From assembly GCA_037379885.1 (NCBI GenBank), contig JARRJC010000002.1:42454-106453 (forward strand): a stretch of 64,000 nucleotides of DNA, in the 5' to 3' direction. The notes under the pieces are model-generated. The model saw only the letters and a program-made list of their open reading frames with translations. It searched no databases and was not told the DNA's origin. Below, piece after piece: positions 39,481 through 49,945 of this stretch. The position numbers were made by a program, and so were the translations under genes. How positions within the stretch are numbered: position 1 is the stretch's first letter; every line of letters starts with the position of its first letter. Source of the stretch: Limibacillus sp. GTDB lineage: Bacteria; Pseudomonadota; Alphaproteobacteria; Kiloniellales; CECT-8803.

Positions 39481-39639
39481 GGACGAATCTCCTGTTTCTA
39501 TTCGTGATGTTACCGTCTCGCGCCGCCTGCTGCCCGGAGCCTCGCGACCTTGTGCGGTCGCCTTTCCCGGCCGGCATCCTGGCATCCTGCCAAACAGCAA
39601 GGGGCCGCCGCTCTTCGCGGAACAGCCCCGTAACCGCCG

Positions 39640-41565
39640 TCAGGCAGGCGGCAGCGCTTCTTCCCTCAGTCTAGCGATGGCGTCGTCAAGCGCAAGAATC
39701 TCTTGCTGCTGGCCGCCCAGGCGGCGCAGGGCGACCTTGCCCTCCTCCGCCTCGCGCTGGCCCACGACGGCGATCACCGGCACCTTGGCGAGCGACAGTT
39801 CGCGGACCTTGTAGTTGATCTTCTCGTTGCGCAGGTCGGTCTCCACGCGCAGGCCCGCGGCGGCCATCTTGGCCTGCACCTCGCGGGCGTAGCCGTCGGC
39901 ATCGTTGGTGATGGTCGCGACCGTCGCCTGCACCGGGGCCAGCCACAGCGGGAAGCGGCCCGCGTACTGCTCGATCACGATCGCCAGGAAACGCTCGAAG
40001 GAGCCCAGGATCGCCCGGTGCAGCATGACCGGGCGGTGCCGCCCGCCGTCCGCGCCGATGTAGGTGGCGTCCAGGCGCTCGGGCAGCACGAAGTCCACCT
40101 GCAGCGTGCCGCACTGCCAGTCGCGCCCGATGGCGTCGGTCAAAACGAACTCCAGCTTGGGTCCGTAGAACGCACCCTCGCCGGGGTTGAGCGAATACTC
40201 CAGCCCCGCCGCCTCGGTCGCCTCGATCAGCGCCTTTTCGGCCTTGTCCCAGGTCTCGTCGGAGCCTGCGCGCACCGGCGGGCGGTCGGAGAACTTCACC
40301 CGCACGCTTTCAAAGCCGAAGTCCTTGTAGACCGACTTCAGCAGCTCGCAGAAGATCTCCGTCTCGCCGATGATCTGGTCTTCGGTGCAGAAGATGTGGG
40401 CGTCGTCCTGGGTGAAGGCGCGCACGCGCATCATGCCGTGCAGCGCGCCCGAGGGCTCGTTGCGGTGACAGGCGCCGAACTCGGCCAGGCGCAGCGGCAG
40501 GTCGCGGTAGGACTTCAGCCCCTGCTTGAAGATCTGCACGTGACCGGGGCAGTTCATGGGCTTCACCGCCAGGATCCGGTCCTCGGACTCGGCGATGAAC
40601 ATGGCCTCGCGGAACTTCTCCCAGTGGCCCGAAGCCTCCCAGAGCTGCCGGTCGATCAGCTGCGGCGTCTTGACCTCCTCGTACCCGGCGGCCTCCAGAC
40701 GGCGGCGCATGTAACTCTCCACCGTGCGGTAGAAGGTCCAGCCCTTGGGGTGCCAGAAGACCGAGCCGACCGCCTCTTCCTGCTGATGGAAGAGGTTCAT
40801 CTCCCGGCCCAGCTTGCGGTGGTCGCGCTTGCCCGCCTCCTCCAGCATGGTGAGGTAGGCCTTGAGGCGCTTCTCGTCTTCCCAGCAGGTGCCGTAGATG
40901 CGCTGCAGCTGCTCGTTCCTGGCGTCGCCGCGCCAGTAGGCGCCGGAGACGCGCAGCAGCTTGAAGCCGTGCCCCAGCTTGCCGGTCGAGGGCAGGTGCG
41001 GCCCCAGGCAGAGATCGAGCCAGTCGCCCTGGCGGTAGACCGTGATGACCTCGTCCTGCGGCAGGGTCGCGATGTGCTCGGCCTTGTACTTCTCGCCGAT
41101 CTTCTTGAAGTACTCGATGGCCTCCTCGCGGTCCCAGACCTCCCGCTCGATCGTCTCGTTGCGCTCCACGATCTCGTGCATGCGCTCTTCGATCTTCTCC
41201 AGGTCCTCGGTCGTGAAGGGCTCCTCGCGCGCGAAGTCGTAGTAGAAGCCGTCCTCGGTCGCCGGACCGAAGGTGACCTGCGTGCCGGGATAGAGCTCCT
41301 GCACCGCTTCGGCCATGACGTGCGCGGCGTCGTGGCGCAGCAGGTCGAGCGCGTCTTCGGTCTGCTTCTTGGTGACGATCTCCAGCGCTGCGTCGTCTTC
41401 GATCTCGCGCGACAGGTCGCGCAGCTGCCCGTCCACCTTGACCGCGAGCGCGGCCTTGGCGAGGCCCGGGCCGATGGACTCGGCCACGGTCCCGCCGGTC
41501 ACCGGGCGCGGATAGCTGCGCTGGGAACCGTCCGGAAGCGTGATCGTGACCTCTGAGCCTGACAT
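39640..41565 (-). CDS. thrS: Threonine-tRNA ligase
   Basis: 641 aa, [46 protein letters not shown]... This is a TGS domain followed by a class II core. Confidence 0.97.
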   Translation of the reverse strand: MSGSEVTITLPDGSQRSYPRPVTGGTVAESIGPGLAKAALAVKVDGQLRDLSREIEDDAALEIVTKKQTEDALDLLRHDAAHVMAEAVQELYPGTQVTFGPATEDGFYYDFAREEPFTTEDLEKIEERMHEIVERNETIEREVWDREEAIEYFKKIGEKYKAEHIATLPQDEVITVYRQGDWLDLCLGPHLPSTGKLGHGFKLLRVSGAYWRGDARNEQLQRIYGTCWEDEKRLKAYLTMLEEAGKRDHRKLGREMNLFHQQEEAVGSVFWHPKGWTFYRTVESYMRRRLEAAGYEEVKTPQLIDRQLWEASGHWEKFREAMFIAESEDRILAVKPMNCPGHVQIFKQGLKSYRDLPLRLAEFGACHRNEPSGALHGMMRVRAFTQDDAHIFCTEDQIIGETEIFCELLKSVYKDFGFESVRVKFSDRPPVRAGSDETWDKAEKALIEATEAAGLEYSLNPGEGAFYGPKLEFVLTDAIGRDWQCGTLQVDFVLPERLDATYIGADGGRHRPVMLHRAILGSFERFLAIVIEQYAGRFPLWLAPVQATVATITNDADGYAREVQAKMAAAGLRVETDLRNEKINYKVRELSLAKVPVIAVVGQREAEEGKVALRRLGGQQQEILALDDAIARLREEALPPA

Positions 41566-41610
41566 GGCGCCTTCATCTCCTGGCGTGCTGAAGCTTTACA
41601 GAACAGCGTG

Positions 41611-41633
41611 AAAGCCGCCCGGAGACGGGCGGC
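41611..41633 (-). terminator. Weak terminator-like hairpin after the glycosyltransferase gene
   Basis: Minus strand: GCCGCCCG-tctc-CGGGCGGC, followed by TTTCACG. The U-run is short. Confidence 0.35.
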
Positions 41634-41660
41634 GCGGGGGAACTTTATGGCTTGGCGGTA

Positions 41661-42911
41661 TCAAGTCAAGCGGGGCGCTAGCAACTCGGCGTAAACCTCG
41701 AGCGTGGCGTCGGTCATCCGCTCCTTGGTGAAGTTGCGGCGGATGTGGGTTATGGCCGCCGCGGCGACCTGCTCGCGCTGATGGGCGGAGAGGGTGAGGG
41801 CCCAGCGCAGGCCCTTGGCCAGGTCCTCGTGATCGCCCGGCTTGAAGAGCCGTCCGGTGACGCCTTCGATGACCTGTTCCAGCGCGCCGCCGTGGGCCGA
41901 GGCGACCACCGGGCGGCCCAGCGCCTGGGCCTCGCCGATGACCCGCCCGAAGGCCTCCGGGTCGAGCGAGGGGGAGACCACGACGTTCGCCTGCATGTAG
42001 GCGGCGGCCATGTCGTTGCAGTGATCGACCATCCAGACCCGGTCTTCCAGGCCGCGCGCCTTGATCAGCGTGTTGAGTTCGTCGCGGTAGGCGCGCCGGC
42101 CCTGGTCGGAGCCCACGAAGACGCAGACGAAATCCAGGTCCTTCATGGTCTCCAGGGCCTTGAGGAGCAGCGTCTGCCCCTTCCAGCGGGTGAGACGCCC
42201 CGGCATCAGGATCAGCGGCCGCGTCTCCGGCAGGTTCCACTGCTGGGTCAACTGGATCACGCGCTCCGCCGAGACGGCCTCGGGCGCGAAGAAGCGCGTG
42301 TCGATGCCGCGGTGGATCATGCGGATCTTCTGCTCCGGGCAGTCGTAGACCTCCATGATGTGCCGCTTGATGTGCTCGGACACGGCGATCACCAGATCGC
42401 CCTTCACCATGACGGAGTTGTACTTCCGCTTGAGCTGGCTGCCGTGGGAATAGGTGCCGTGGAAGGTGGTGACGAAGGGGATGCCCTCGGCCTTGCAGGC
42501 CCAATAGGCGCTCCAGGCAGGGGCGCGGCTGCGCGCGTGCACCAGATCGACGCCCTGCTGGCGGATCAGGCGGCGCAGCCGCTCGCTGTTCTTGCGGATG
42601 CTCAAGGGGTTCTTGGTCGCCAGCGGCAGGTCGATGTGCTCGCAGCCGATGCGCTGCAACTCATAGACCATCTGCCCGCCGGCCGAGGCGACCAGCGGCG
42701 TCCAGCCAGCGTCGGTCAGCGCGCCCGCGACCTCGATCGTGCCGCGCTCCACGCCGCCGGAGGAGAGCTCGGGCAGGACCTGAAGCACGCGCGGAGCGCG
42801 CGGCACGGGCGCGGCCTCGGGATTGTAGGCGCCGCCTACATAGGCGCTCTCCAAGTGCGAGCCGGTCTCGGCGGTGCCTGATTTTGACTTGTCTATGGGG
42901 CCGGATGACAT
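41661..42911 (-). CDS. Glycosyltransferase family 4 (GT-B fold)
   Basis: 416 aa, ...RVLQVLPELSSGGVERGTIEVAGAL...PSLDPEAFGRVIGEAQALGRPVVASAHGGALEQV... This contains an EX7E-type region. Confidence 0.85.
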   Translation of the reverse strand: MSSGPIDKSKSGTAETGSHLESAYVGGAYNPEAAPVPRAPRVLQVLPELSSGGVERGTIEVAGALTDAGWTPLVASAGGQMVYELQRIGCEHIDLPLATKNPLSIRKNSERLRRLIRQQGVDLVHARSRAPAWSAYWACKAEGIPFVTTFHGTYSHGSQLKRKYNSVMVKGDLVIAVSEHIKRHIMEVYDCPEQKIRMIHRGIDTRFFAPEAVSAERVIQLTQQWNLPETRPLILMPGRLTRWKGQTLLLKALETMKDLDFVCVFVGSDQGRRAYRDELNTLIKARGLEDRVWMVDHCNDMAAAYMQANVVVSPSLDPEAFGRVIGEAQALGRPVVASAHGGALEQVIEGVTGRLFKPGDHEDLAKGLRWALTLSAHQREQVAAAAITHIRRNFTKERMTDATLEVYAELLAPRLT

Positions 42912-42960
42912 GATGGTTCGAGCTTATGCCCTCTTTTGGGAGTTGCGGAAAGGGATTTGC

Positions 42961-43731
42961 ATGACGGACGGCCAAGCCCCCTCTTACCTCGACCTGCCCA
43001 GCGGCGTACGCCTTGCCTACCACAAGACCGAGGGGGCGGGACCGACCCTGGTGTTCCTGGGCGGCTTCTCCTCGGACATGACCGGCAGCAAGGCGACGGC
43101 GCTGGAGGCCTACGCCAAGCGGACGGGACGCGCCTTCTTGCGGTTCGACTACCAAGGACATGGGGCTTCGAGCGGAAAATTCGAGGAAGGAACCATCGGT
43201 CTTTGGGCGGGCGACGCCCTGGCGGCGGTGAAAACCCTGACCGAAGGGCCGGTGATCCTGATCGGATCCTCCATGGGCGGCTGGATGATGCTGCTGGTGG
43301 GCTTGCAGATAAAAGAGCGCCTCGCGGGCCTCGTCGGCCTCGCCGCCGCGCCGGACTTCACCGAGGACCTGATCTGGAGCTGGCTCTCGGTCGAGGACCG
43401 GCGCAAGCTGGAGAGCGAGGGTGTCCTTCAGCAGGCCTCGGAGTACGAGGACGAGGGCAGCTACTGCATCACCCTGAAGCTGATCGAGGAGGGGCGGAAG
43501 AACCTGCTGCTGCGCGGGCCCATCCCCCTCACCTGCCCGCTTCGCCTCATCCACGGCGATCAGGACAAGGACGTGCCCTGGGACGTCTCCACCAAGCTGA
43601 TGCAGATGATCGACAGCGAGGACGTGGAACTGACCCTGGTCAAGGGCGCCGGCCACCGCCTCTCCGAACCTCAGGACATCGTCAGGTTGGAAGCGACCTT
43701 GGACCGGCTGCTGGCTCAGCTCGGCGCCTGA
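42961..43731 (+). CDS. Alpha/beta-fold hydrolase
   Basis: ORF 42874..43731 trimmed to ATG 42961 (MTDGQAPSYLDLPSGVRLAYHKTEG...), preceded by a GGAAAGGGA SD. GSSMGG nucleophile elbow. Confidence 0.8.
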   Translation: MTDGQAPSYLDLPSGVRLAYHKTEGAGPTLVFLGGFSSDMTGSKATALEAYAKRTGRAFLRFDYQGHGASSGKFEEGTIGLWAGDALAAVKTLTEGPVILIGSSMGGWMMLLVGLQIKERLAGLVGLAAAPDFTEDLIWSWLSVEDRRKLESEGVLQQASEYEDEGSYCITLKLIEEGRKNLLLRGPIPLTCPLRLIHGDQDKDVPWDVSTKLMQMIDSEDVELTLVKGAGHRLSEPQDIVRLEATLDRLLAQLGA

Positions 43732-44624
43732 GCCAGGATCGCCTTCAGGCCCGCCTCGTAGTCGGGGTACTTGAGCGTGTACCCCAACTCCTCCTTCATC
43801 TTGGTGTTCGAGACGCGGCGGCAGTCGGCGTAGAAGGAGAGCGCCATGGGGCTCATGCCCTTGGCCGCCTCCTCGAAGGGGATCGGCGCGGGCGGGGTCT
43901 TGCCCAGCAGCCTGAAGGCGTAGGCCGTCACCTCGGAGGCGGACTCCGGGCGGTCGTCGGCGATGTTGTAGACCGCGCCCTCGGGATCCGGCTTCTTCAT
44001 GGAGTGCGTGAGCGCGCCGACGATGTCCTCGACATGGATGCGGCTGAAGACCTGGCCGGGCTTGTCGATGCGCCGCGCGCGGCCCGCCTTCACCTCCTCC
44101 AGCGCGCTGCGCCCCGGCCCGTAGATCCCCGGCAGGCGGAAGATGTGCAGCGGGAAGTCCGCGCGCAGCGCCAGGCCGCGCCAGGCCTCCTCCTGCCGGA
44201 CTCGGCGGCGGCCCCGCTCCCCGCTCGGCTTCAGGGGCGCGTCCTCGTCGACCCAGGCGCCCTGCGTGTCGCCGTAGACGGCGGTGGTGGAGATCAGCCC
44301 GGCCCAGACCAGCCGCTCGTCGGCGGCCAGGTCGGCGAGGCGCTCGTGGCACTGGTCGATCACCACGTCGCCCTGCTCGTCGGGGGAGATGGTGGTCAGA
44401 AGGTGGGTGGTCCCGGCCAGCATGCGCTGGGGGTCGGCCAGATGATGGCCCCGGTCGAAGATGTGCGCCTCGATCCCCAGCGCCTTCATGGCGCGGGCCT
44501 TCTCCAGCGAGCGGGTCGTGCCCGCCACGCGCCAGCCCTGGGCCAGCAGGCTCTCGGCCAGCCGCCGCCCGACGTAGCCGAGGCCGAAACAGAAGAGTTT
44601 TCCAGGGGCCGGGGTCGCGCTCAT
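43716..44624 (-). CDS. SDR-family NAD(P)-binding protein (epimerase/dehydratase-like)
   Basis: ORF 43716..45413 trimmed to ATG 44624: MSATPAPGKLFCFGLGYVGRRLA..., a Rossmann GxGxxG motif. Its 3' end overlaps the convergent hydrolase gene by 16 nt. Confidence 0.8.
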   Translation of the reverse strand: MSATPAPGKLFCFGLGYVGRRLAESLLAQGWRVAGTTRSLEKARAMKALGIEAHIFDRGHHLADPQRMLAGTTHLLTTISPDEQGDVVIDQCHERLADLAADERLVWAGLISTTAVYGDTQGAWVDEDAPLKPSGERGRRRVRQEEAWRGLALRADFPLHIFRLPGIYGPGRSALEEVKAGRARRIDKPGQVFSRIHVEDIVGALTHSMKKPDPEGAVYNIADDRPESASEVTAYAFRLLGKTPPAPIPFEEAAKGMSPMALSFYADCRRVSNTKMKEELGYTLKYPDYEAGLKAILAQAPS

Positions 44625-44705
44625 GGAAGAGAATCTAGGCTGCTCCCAGAGTCCCGACAAGCGCCACTTGCCATGCAGGCGGCGGAGCGCCAGAGTCGCG
44701 CCGTC

Positions 44706-45470
44706 ATGGATCGCAGACCCCCCCTTGCCGCCCTCTTCCTGCTGACGCTCGCGCTGGCCTTTGCGACGGCGTTTTCCGGACCTGCCCAGGCCCAGGAGAA
44801 GAGCCGCTACGCGCGCTGCCTGGAACTGGCGGAAAGCGCAAGGGAGTTCGCCTTCAACGAGGCGCGGCTCTGGCGCGAGGAGGACGGCGACGACTGGCGC
44901 GCCGACCATTGCGGGGGCCTCGCCCTGCTGCTGCTCGACAGGCCCGCGGAGGCCGCACCCTGGCTGGCCGAGGCGCGGATCGGCGCGGGCCGGGCGGGCG
45001 AAGCGCCGGAACTGCGCGGCACGCTGGCGGCCTTGGAAGGGCAGGCCTGGTCCCTCGCGGGCGAGGAGGAGAAAGCCCTGGAAGCTCAGGATGAAGCCAT
45101 CTTCCTCGATCCCGGAAAGGCCGAGTATTACGTCGACCGGGCCTTTTCCCGGAGCGCGCAGGAGGATTTTTGGGAGGCGCTGGACGACCTGAACCGCGCG
45201 CACGAACTGGCGCCGGACGCCGCCGACGTGCTGGCGCTCAGGGCCAGCCTCTACCGCCGTCTGGAGGTGCCGGAACTGGCGCTGGAGAACGCGGAGGAGG
45301 CGCTGACGCTCTCGCCGAACCTGCCGGAGGGCCTGTTGGAACGCGCGCTGGCGGAAGGCGCGCTGGGGAACCTGGACGCCGCGCGCGCGGACCTCGAGAC
45401 GCTTCTGCGGCAAGCCCCCGACAGCCCGGCGGCGGCGCAGGCGCGGCGCTTTCTGGAACAGTTGAACTAG
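44706..45470 (+). CDS. Secreted TPR-repeat protein
   Basis: Lies inside ORF 42936..45470. The start is ATG 44706: MDRRPPLAALFLLTLALAFATAFSGPAQAQ, a signal peptide. TPR-like repeats follow. Confidence 0.7.
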   Translation: MDRRPPLAALFLLTLALAFATAFSGPAQAQEKSRYARCLELAESAREFAFNEARLWREEDGDDWRADHCGGLALLLLDRPAEAAPWLAEARIGAGRAGEAPELRGTLAALEGQAWSLAGEEEKALEAQDEAIFLDPGKAEYYVDRAFSRSAQEDFWEALDDLNRAHELAPDAADVLALRASLYRRLEVPELALENAEEALTLSPNLPEGLLERALAEGALGNLDAARADLETLLRQAPDSPAAAQARRFLEQLN

Positions 45471-45979
45471 CCGAGCAAACGGCGGTAGAGCGCCTCGGTT
45501 TTCTCGTCGAAGACGCAGAAGACCACCCGGCGCACCTCCGGATAGCGCGCCAGCGCCCGGCGGCAGGCGGCCAGCGCGACCTCCGCGGCCGCTTCCGGCG
45601 GGTAACCGTAGATGCCGGTGGAGATCGCCGGAAAGGCGAGGGAGGTCAGCCGGTTCTCCGCCGCCAGCGCGATCGAGGTCTCATAGCAGCTCGCCAGCAG
45701 TTCCGGCTCGCCCAGGCCGCCGCCCTGCCAGATCGGCCCGACGGCGTGGATCACGAAGGGCGCGGGAAGCTCGAAGCCCGGCGTGATGCGCGCCTCTCCG
45801 GTCGGGCAGCCGCCCAGCGCGCGGCAGGCGTCCCCCAGCCTCGGGCCCGCCGCGGCGAAGATCGCACCGCAGACGCCGCCGCCAGGGGCCAGGCGTTCGT
45901 TGGCCGCGTTGACGATTGCGTCCACGGCGAGCGTGGTGATGTCGCCGCGCTGTAGCTCGAGTGTCTGTCCCTCGTCCAT
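45467..45979 (-). CDS. Macro-domain protein (O-acetyl-ADP-ribose deacetylase / YmdB-like)
   Basis: 170 aa, ...GDITTLAVDAIVNAANERLAPGGGVCGAIFAAAG...FVIHAVGPIW...LAFPAISTGIYGYP... Confidence 0.88.
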   Translation of the reverse strand: MDEGQTLELQRGDITTLAVDAIVNAANERLAPGGGVCGAIFAAAGPRLGDACRALGGCPTGEARITPGFELPAPFVIHAVGPIWQGGGLGEPELLASCYETSIALAAENRLTSLAFPAISTGIYGYPPEAAAEVALAACRRALARYPEVRRVVFCVFDEKTEALYRRLLG

Positions 45980-45985
45980 GCTCTT

Positions 45986-46663
45986 CTACCTGAGAAACGC
46001 GAAGGCCTTTGCCAAGGCCTCCTTCGGCTGCTCTTCGATGACCGGGCCGTGCGCCGGGACGATGCGCCGGAAGTCCAACTCCAGCAGCGCGTCGAGCGCC
46101 TTGGCCATGGCCGCCCGCTTACGGTAGAGCAGGCGCAGGTGGATCGGCACCCCCAGCCGCCCGTCGATCCCGGTCAGGCGGCCATAGAGGCGCCCGAAGG
46201 CGGAAAAGCTGCCGTCGGTCGCAAAGGCGAGGTCGGTGACGATCAGGCTGCGGCTGGGCTTGTGCAGGAAGACCCGCTCGCGCCCCGGCGTGCCGGGGAC
46301 AGGATAGCATTCGATCTCCGGCCCGAAGGGCGCCGGGCCGGATTTCTCAAAGACGGCGTCGATCTTCAGGTCCGGGCGCTTCTTGGCGAGGCCCAGCGGC
46401 GCGATCAGCCTGCTCTCCGGGAAAGCCGCCTGATAGTCGCCCTGAAAGACATGGTGGAAGAGGTTGGGCGCGACCCGCCAGACGACCGGACCGCCGATTT
46501 CCTCCAGCGCCGCGCGCGCCGCCTCATCCAGCTTGGTGGGAGAGTGCAGCCAGAGCCCGCCCTCCGCCAGCTTCACGATCGCCATGCGGCAGGGCAGGTT
46601 CATGCCCAGCATGGAGACCTTGGACTCCAGCAGCCACAGGTCCTCCGCGATGCGCCGCGCCAC
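45986..46663 (-). CDS. DUF4336-like protein
   Basis: Lies inside ORF 45986..47734. The probable start is GTG 46663, 5 nt after the ampG stop: (M)ARRIAEDLWLLESKVSMLGMNLPCRMAIVKLAEGGLWLHSPTKL... Confidence 0.6.
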   Translation of the reverse strand: MARRIAEDLWLLESKVSMLGMNLPCRMAIVKLAEGGLWLHSPTKLDEAARAALEEIGGPVVWRVAPNLFHHVFQGDYQAAFPESRLIAPLGLAKKRPDLKIDAVFEKSGPAPFGPEIECYPVPGTPGRERVFLHKPSRSLIVTDLAFATDGSFSAFGRLYGRLTGIDGRLGVPIHLRLLYRKRAAMAKALDALLELDFRRIVPAHGPVIEEQPKEALAKAFAFLR

Positions 46664-46668
46664 GGCGC

Positions 46669-48063
46669 TCAGGCCCCGCCGGGGTTCGGCAGCAGGCGTC
46701 TGCCATAGCGGGCGATCAGCAGCACCAGCAGAACCGCCGGAATGCCGAGAAGACCGGCATAGATGAAGAAGTTCACGTATCCGGCGCTGTCCACCACCAC
46801 GCCCGACCAGCCGCCGACGAACTTGCCCGGCAGGGTGAAGAGCGAGGAGAAGAGCGCGTACTGCGTCGCCGAATAGGCCCGGTTGGTGAGGCTGGAGAGA
46901 TAGGCGATGAAGACCGTGCCGCCGAGCCCGCCCGCCAGGTTGTCCGCCGAGATGGTGACGATCAGGAAGCCGAGGTCGGCCCCCAGCACCGCCAGCCATG
47001 CGAACAGCAGGTTGGTGACGATCATCAGCACCGCGCCGAGGAAGAGCGGCTTCATTATGCCGTAGCGCGCCACCAGCAGGCCGCCCAGGAAGGTGCCCGC
47101 GAAGCCCGCGAAGAGGCCGTAGCCCTTGGCGACGGCGGCGATCTCGGTCTTGGTGAAGCCGAGGTCGATGTAGAAGGGATTGGCCATCACGCCCATGGTG
47201 ATGTCCGAAAGGCGGTAGGTGCCGACCAGCCCCAGGATCAGCAGCGCCAGCCAGCCGTTGCGCTTGAAGAAGTCCACCAGGGGGGAGACAACGGCGCCGT
47301 AGAACCAGCCGAGCGCGCGGCGCGCGCCCTCGGCCTGGATCGAGAGGCGGCTCATGAAGGCCTGCACCTCCGGCTCCTCCAGCACCGCGCCGCGCGTCAG
47401 GCTGCCCTCGGGCTCGCGGATCACCAGCACCGTGACCATGCCGACCCCGACCAGCCCCGCCATGGCGGCGTAGGCCCAGAACCAGCTCGCGAAGTCGGCG
47501 ATGAAAAGCGCGCCCGCGCCGGCCGCCAGAAGCCCTATGCGGTAGCCGTACTGATAGGTCGCCGCCATGGCCCCCTGCACCGATTCCTCGGCTGCTTCGA
47601 TGCGGTAGGCGTCGATGGCGACGTCCTGCGTCGCGGAGGAAAAGGCGACCAGCAGGGCGGCGAAGACCACGGCCCCGACGCCCAAGCCGACGTCGGCCAC
47701 GGCGATCCCCATCAGGCCGACGGCGATCCCGCACTGGGCCAGCAGCATCCAGGAGCGGCGGCGGCCCAGCGCCCGCGTCAGCAGCGGGATCGGCAGCCGG
47801 TCGACGACCGGCGCCCAGAAGACCTTGATGGAATAGGTGATGCCGACCCAGGAAAGAAAGCCGATCTCCGCCCGCTCAACGCCCGCCTCGCGCAGCCACG
47901 CCGAGAGGGTCGAGAAGACCAGAAGGAAGGGCAGCCCGGCCGAAAAGCCGAGGAACAGCATGCCGAGGACGCGCGGGTGCAGATAAATCTCGAAGGCTTC
48001 CCGCCAGGAACGGCGGCCCGTGTCGCCCAGAGCGGCGTTCTGTCCCTTGCCCTCAGACGGCAT
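46669..48063 (-). CDS. ampG: AmpG-family muropeptide MFS transporter
   Basis: 464 aa, ...LGMLFLGFSAGLPFLLVFSTLSAWLREAGVERAEIGFLSWVGITYSIKVFWAPVVDR... Confidence 0.88.
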   Translation of the reverse strand: MPSEGKGQNAALGDTGRRSWREAFEIYLHPRVLGMLFLGFSAGLPFLLVFSTLSAWLREAGVERAEIGFLSWVGITYSIKVFWAPVVDRLPIPLLTRALGRRRSWMLLAQCGIAVGLMGIAVADVGLGVGAVVFAALLVAFSSATQDVAIDAYRIEAAEESVQGAMAATYQYGYRIGLLAAGAGALFIADFASWFWAYAAMAGLVGVGMVTVLVIREPEGSLTRGAVLEEPEVQAFMSRLSIQAEGARRALGWFYGAVVSPLVDFFKRNGWLALLILGLVGTYRLSDITMGVMANPFYIDLGFTKTEIAAVAKGYGLFAGFAGTFLGGLLVARYGIMKPLFLGAVLMIVTNLLFAWLAVLGADLGFLIVTISADNLAGGLGGTVFIAYLSSLTNRAYSATQYALFSSLFTLPGKFVGGWSGVVVDSAGYVNFFIYAGLLGIPAVLLVLLIARYGRRLLPNPGGA

Positions 48064-49885
48064 CCTTCAAGCGGCTTTCCTTCTTGCGCGCATGCGGATC
48101 GAGCAGACGCTTCCGGAGGCGGATCGACTTGGGCGTCACCTCCACCAGTTCGTCGTCCTCGATGTAGCTGAGCGCCTCTTCCAGGCTGCGCCGGCGCGGC
48201 GGCGTCAGCGTGACGGCGTCGTCCTTGCCGGAGGCGCGCACGTTGGTCAGCTTCTTGCCCTTCAGCGGGTTCACCTCCAGGTCGTTGCCCCGGCTGTGCT
48301 CGCCGATGATCATGCCCTCGTAGACCGGCGTGCCGGGCCCGATGAAGAGCTCGCCCCGCTCCTCCAGGTTCCAGAGCGCATAGGCCACGGTCTCGCCGCC
48401 CTCCATGGAGATCAGGACACCTTCGCGCCGCCCCTGCACCGCGCCCTTGTAGGGCGCGAAGTGGGAGAAGATGCGCGACATGATGCCGGTGCCGCGGGTG
48501 TCGGTCAGGAACTCGCCGTGATAGCCGATCAGGCCGCGGGCGGGCGCGTGGAAGACCAGCCGCACCTTGCCGCCGCCCGAAGGCTTCATCTCCAGCATCT
48601 CGCCCTTGCGCTGGGAAATCTTGTCGACCACCACGCCGGAATAGGCCTCGTCCACGTCGACCTGGACCTCTTCGATGGGCTCCAGCCGCTCGCCGGTTTC
48701 GGGGTCCTTGCGGAACAGCACGCGCGGACGGCTGATGGAAAGCTCGAAGCCCTCGCGCCGCATGGTCTCGATCAGGACGCCGAGCTGCAACTCGCCGCGC
48801 CCGGCCACCTCGAAGGCGTCCTTGTCGGCGGTCTCGGTGACGCGGATCGCCACGTTGCCCTCGGACTCGCGCAGAAGGCGCGCGCGGATCAGGCGCGAGG
48901 TGACCTTGTCGCCCTCGCGGCCCGCCAGGGGCGAATCGTTGATCGAGAAGGTCATGGCCAGCGTCGGCGGATCGATCGGCTGGGAGTCGATCGGCTGGCG
49001 CAGGGAAACATCGCAGAGCGTGTCCGCGACGGTCGGCTTGGTGAAACCGGCGATGGCGACGATGTCGCCGGCGCGCGCCTCCTCGACCGGCTCGCGCCGC
49101 AAATCGCGGAAGGCCAGCAGCTTGGTGAGGCGCGCCTGCTCCAGGACCTTGCCGTCACGCGACAATGCGTGGAGCGGCATGTTGACCCGCGCGACACCCT
49201 GCTGGATGCGCCCGGTCAGGATGCGGCCCAGGAAGGGATCGTACTCCAGCGTCGTCGCCAGCATGGCGAAGGGCTTGGAATCGTCGCCCTTGGCCAGGGG
49301 CACGTGCCGGAGGATGCAGTCGAACAGCGGGTGAAGGTTCTCGCGCGGCTCGCCCTCCAGCTCGTTCACGGCCCAGCCGTTGCGGCCCGAGGCGAAGAGC
49401 GTCGGGAAATCAAGCTGCTCCTCGTCGGCCTCAAGCGCGGCGAAAAGGTCGAAGACCGCGTCCTGCACCCAGAAGGGGCGGGCGTCCGGCTTATCGACCT
49501 TGTTGACCACCACGATGGGCTTCAGCCCGCGCTTCAGCGCCTTCATGGTGACGAACTTCGTCTGGGGCATGGGGCCCTCGGCGGCGTCCACCAGAAGGAT
49601 CACGCCGTCGACCATGGAGAGGATGCGCTCCACCTCGCCGCCGAAATCGGCGTGGCCGGGCGTATCGACGATGTTGATGCGCGTGCCCTTCCATTCCACC
49701 GAGGTGCACTTGGCCAGGATGGTGATGCCGCGCTCGCGCTCCAGGTCGTTGGAATCCATCGCGCGCTCGTCCATCTGCTGGTTGGCGCGCAGCGCGCCGG
49801 ACTGGCGCAGCAGGGAATCGACCAGGGTGGTCTTGCCATGGTCGACGTGGGCGATGATCGCCAGATTGCGGATGTCGCCGCTCAT
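48053..49885 (-). CDS. typA: Translational GTPase TypA/BipA
   Basis: ORF 48053..49924 trimmed to ATG 49885: [30 protein letters not shown]...[14 protein letters not shown]...[10 protein letters not shown]... Overlaps the ampG start by 11 nt. Confidence 0.96.
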   Translation of the reverse strand: MSGDIRNLAIIAHVDHGKTTLVDSLLRQSGALRANQQMDERAMDSNDLERERGITILAKCTSVEWKGTRINIVDTPGHADFGGEVERILSMVDGVILLVDAAEGPMPQTKFVTMKALKRGLKPIVVVNKVDKPDARPFWVQDAVFDLFAALEADEEQLDFPTLFASGRNGWAVNELEGEPRENLHPLFDCILRHVPLAKGDDSKPFAMLATTLEYDPFLGRILTGRIQQGVARVNMPLHALSRDGKVLEQARLTKLLAFRDLRREPVEEARAGDIVAIAGFTKPTVADTLCDVSLRQPIDSQPIDPPTLAMTFSINDSPLAGREGDKVTSRLIRARLLRESEGNVAIRVTETADKDAFEVAGRGELQLGVLIETMRREGFELSISRPRVLFRKDPETGERLEPIEEVQVDVDEAYSGVVVDKISQRKGEMLEMKPSGGGKVRLVFHAPARGLIGYHGEFLTDTRGTGIMSRIFSHFAPYKGAVQGRREGVLISMEGGETVAYALWNLEERGELFIGPGTPVYEGMIIGEHSRGNDLEVNPLKGKKLTNVRASGKDDAVTLTPPRRRSLEEALSYIEDDELVEVTPKSIRLRKRLLDPHARKKESRLKDAV

Positions 49886-49945
49886 TTCGCTTCTCGCTTC
49901 CGCCGCCTCATGAGGGCGGCTCAACAGGGGCGCGTCGAGCCCGGC

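Noticed and set aside
45467-45470. A CTAG tetranucleotide serves as the stop codon for both convergent genes (TPR/macro). The same occurs at 52884..52887 (lipoprotein/nth).
   Set aside because: This is a trivial consequence of the palindromic TAG/CTA when convergent genes abut. There is no evidence of function beyond compact packing.
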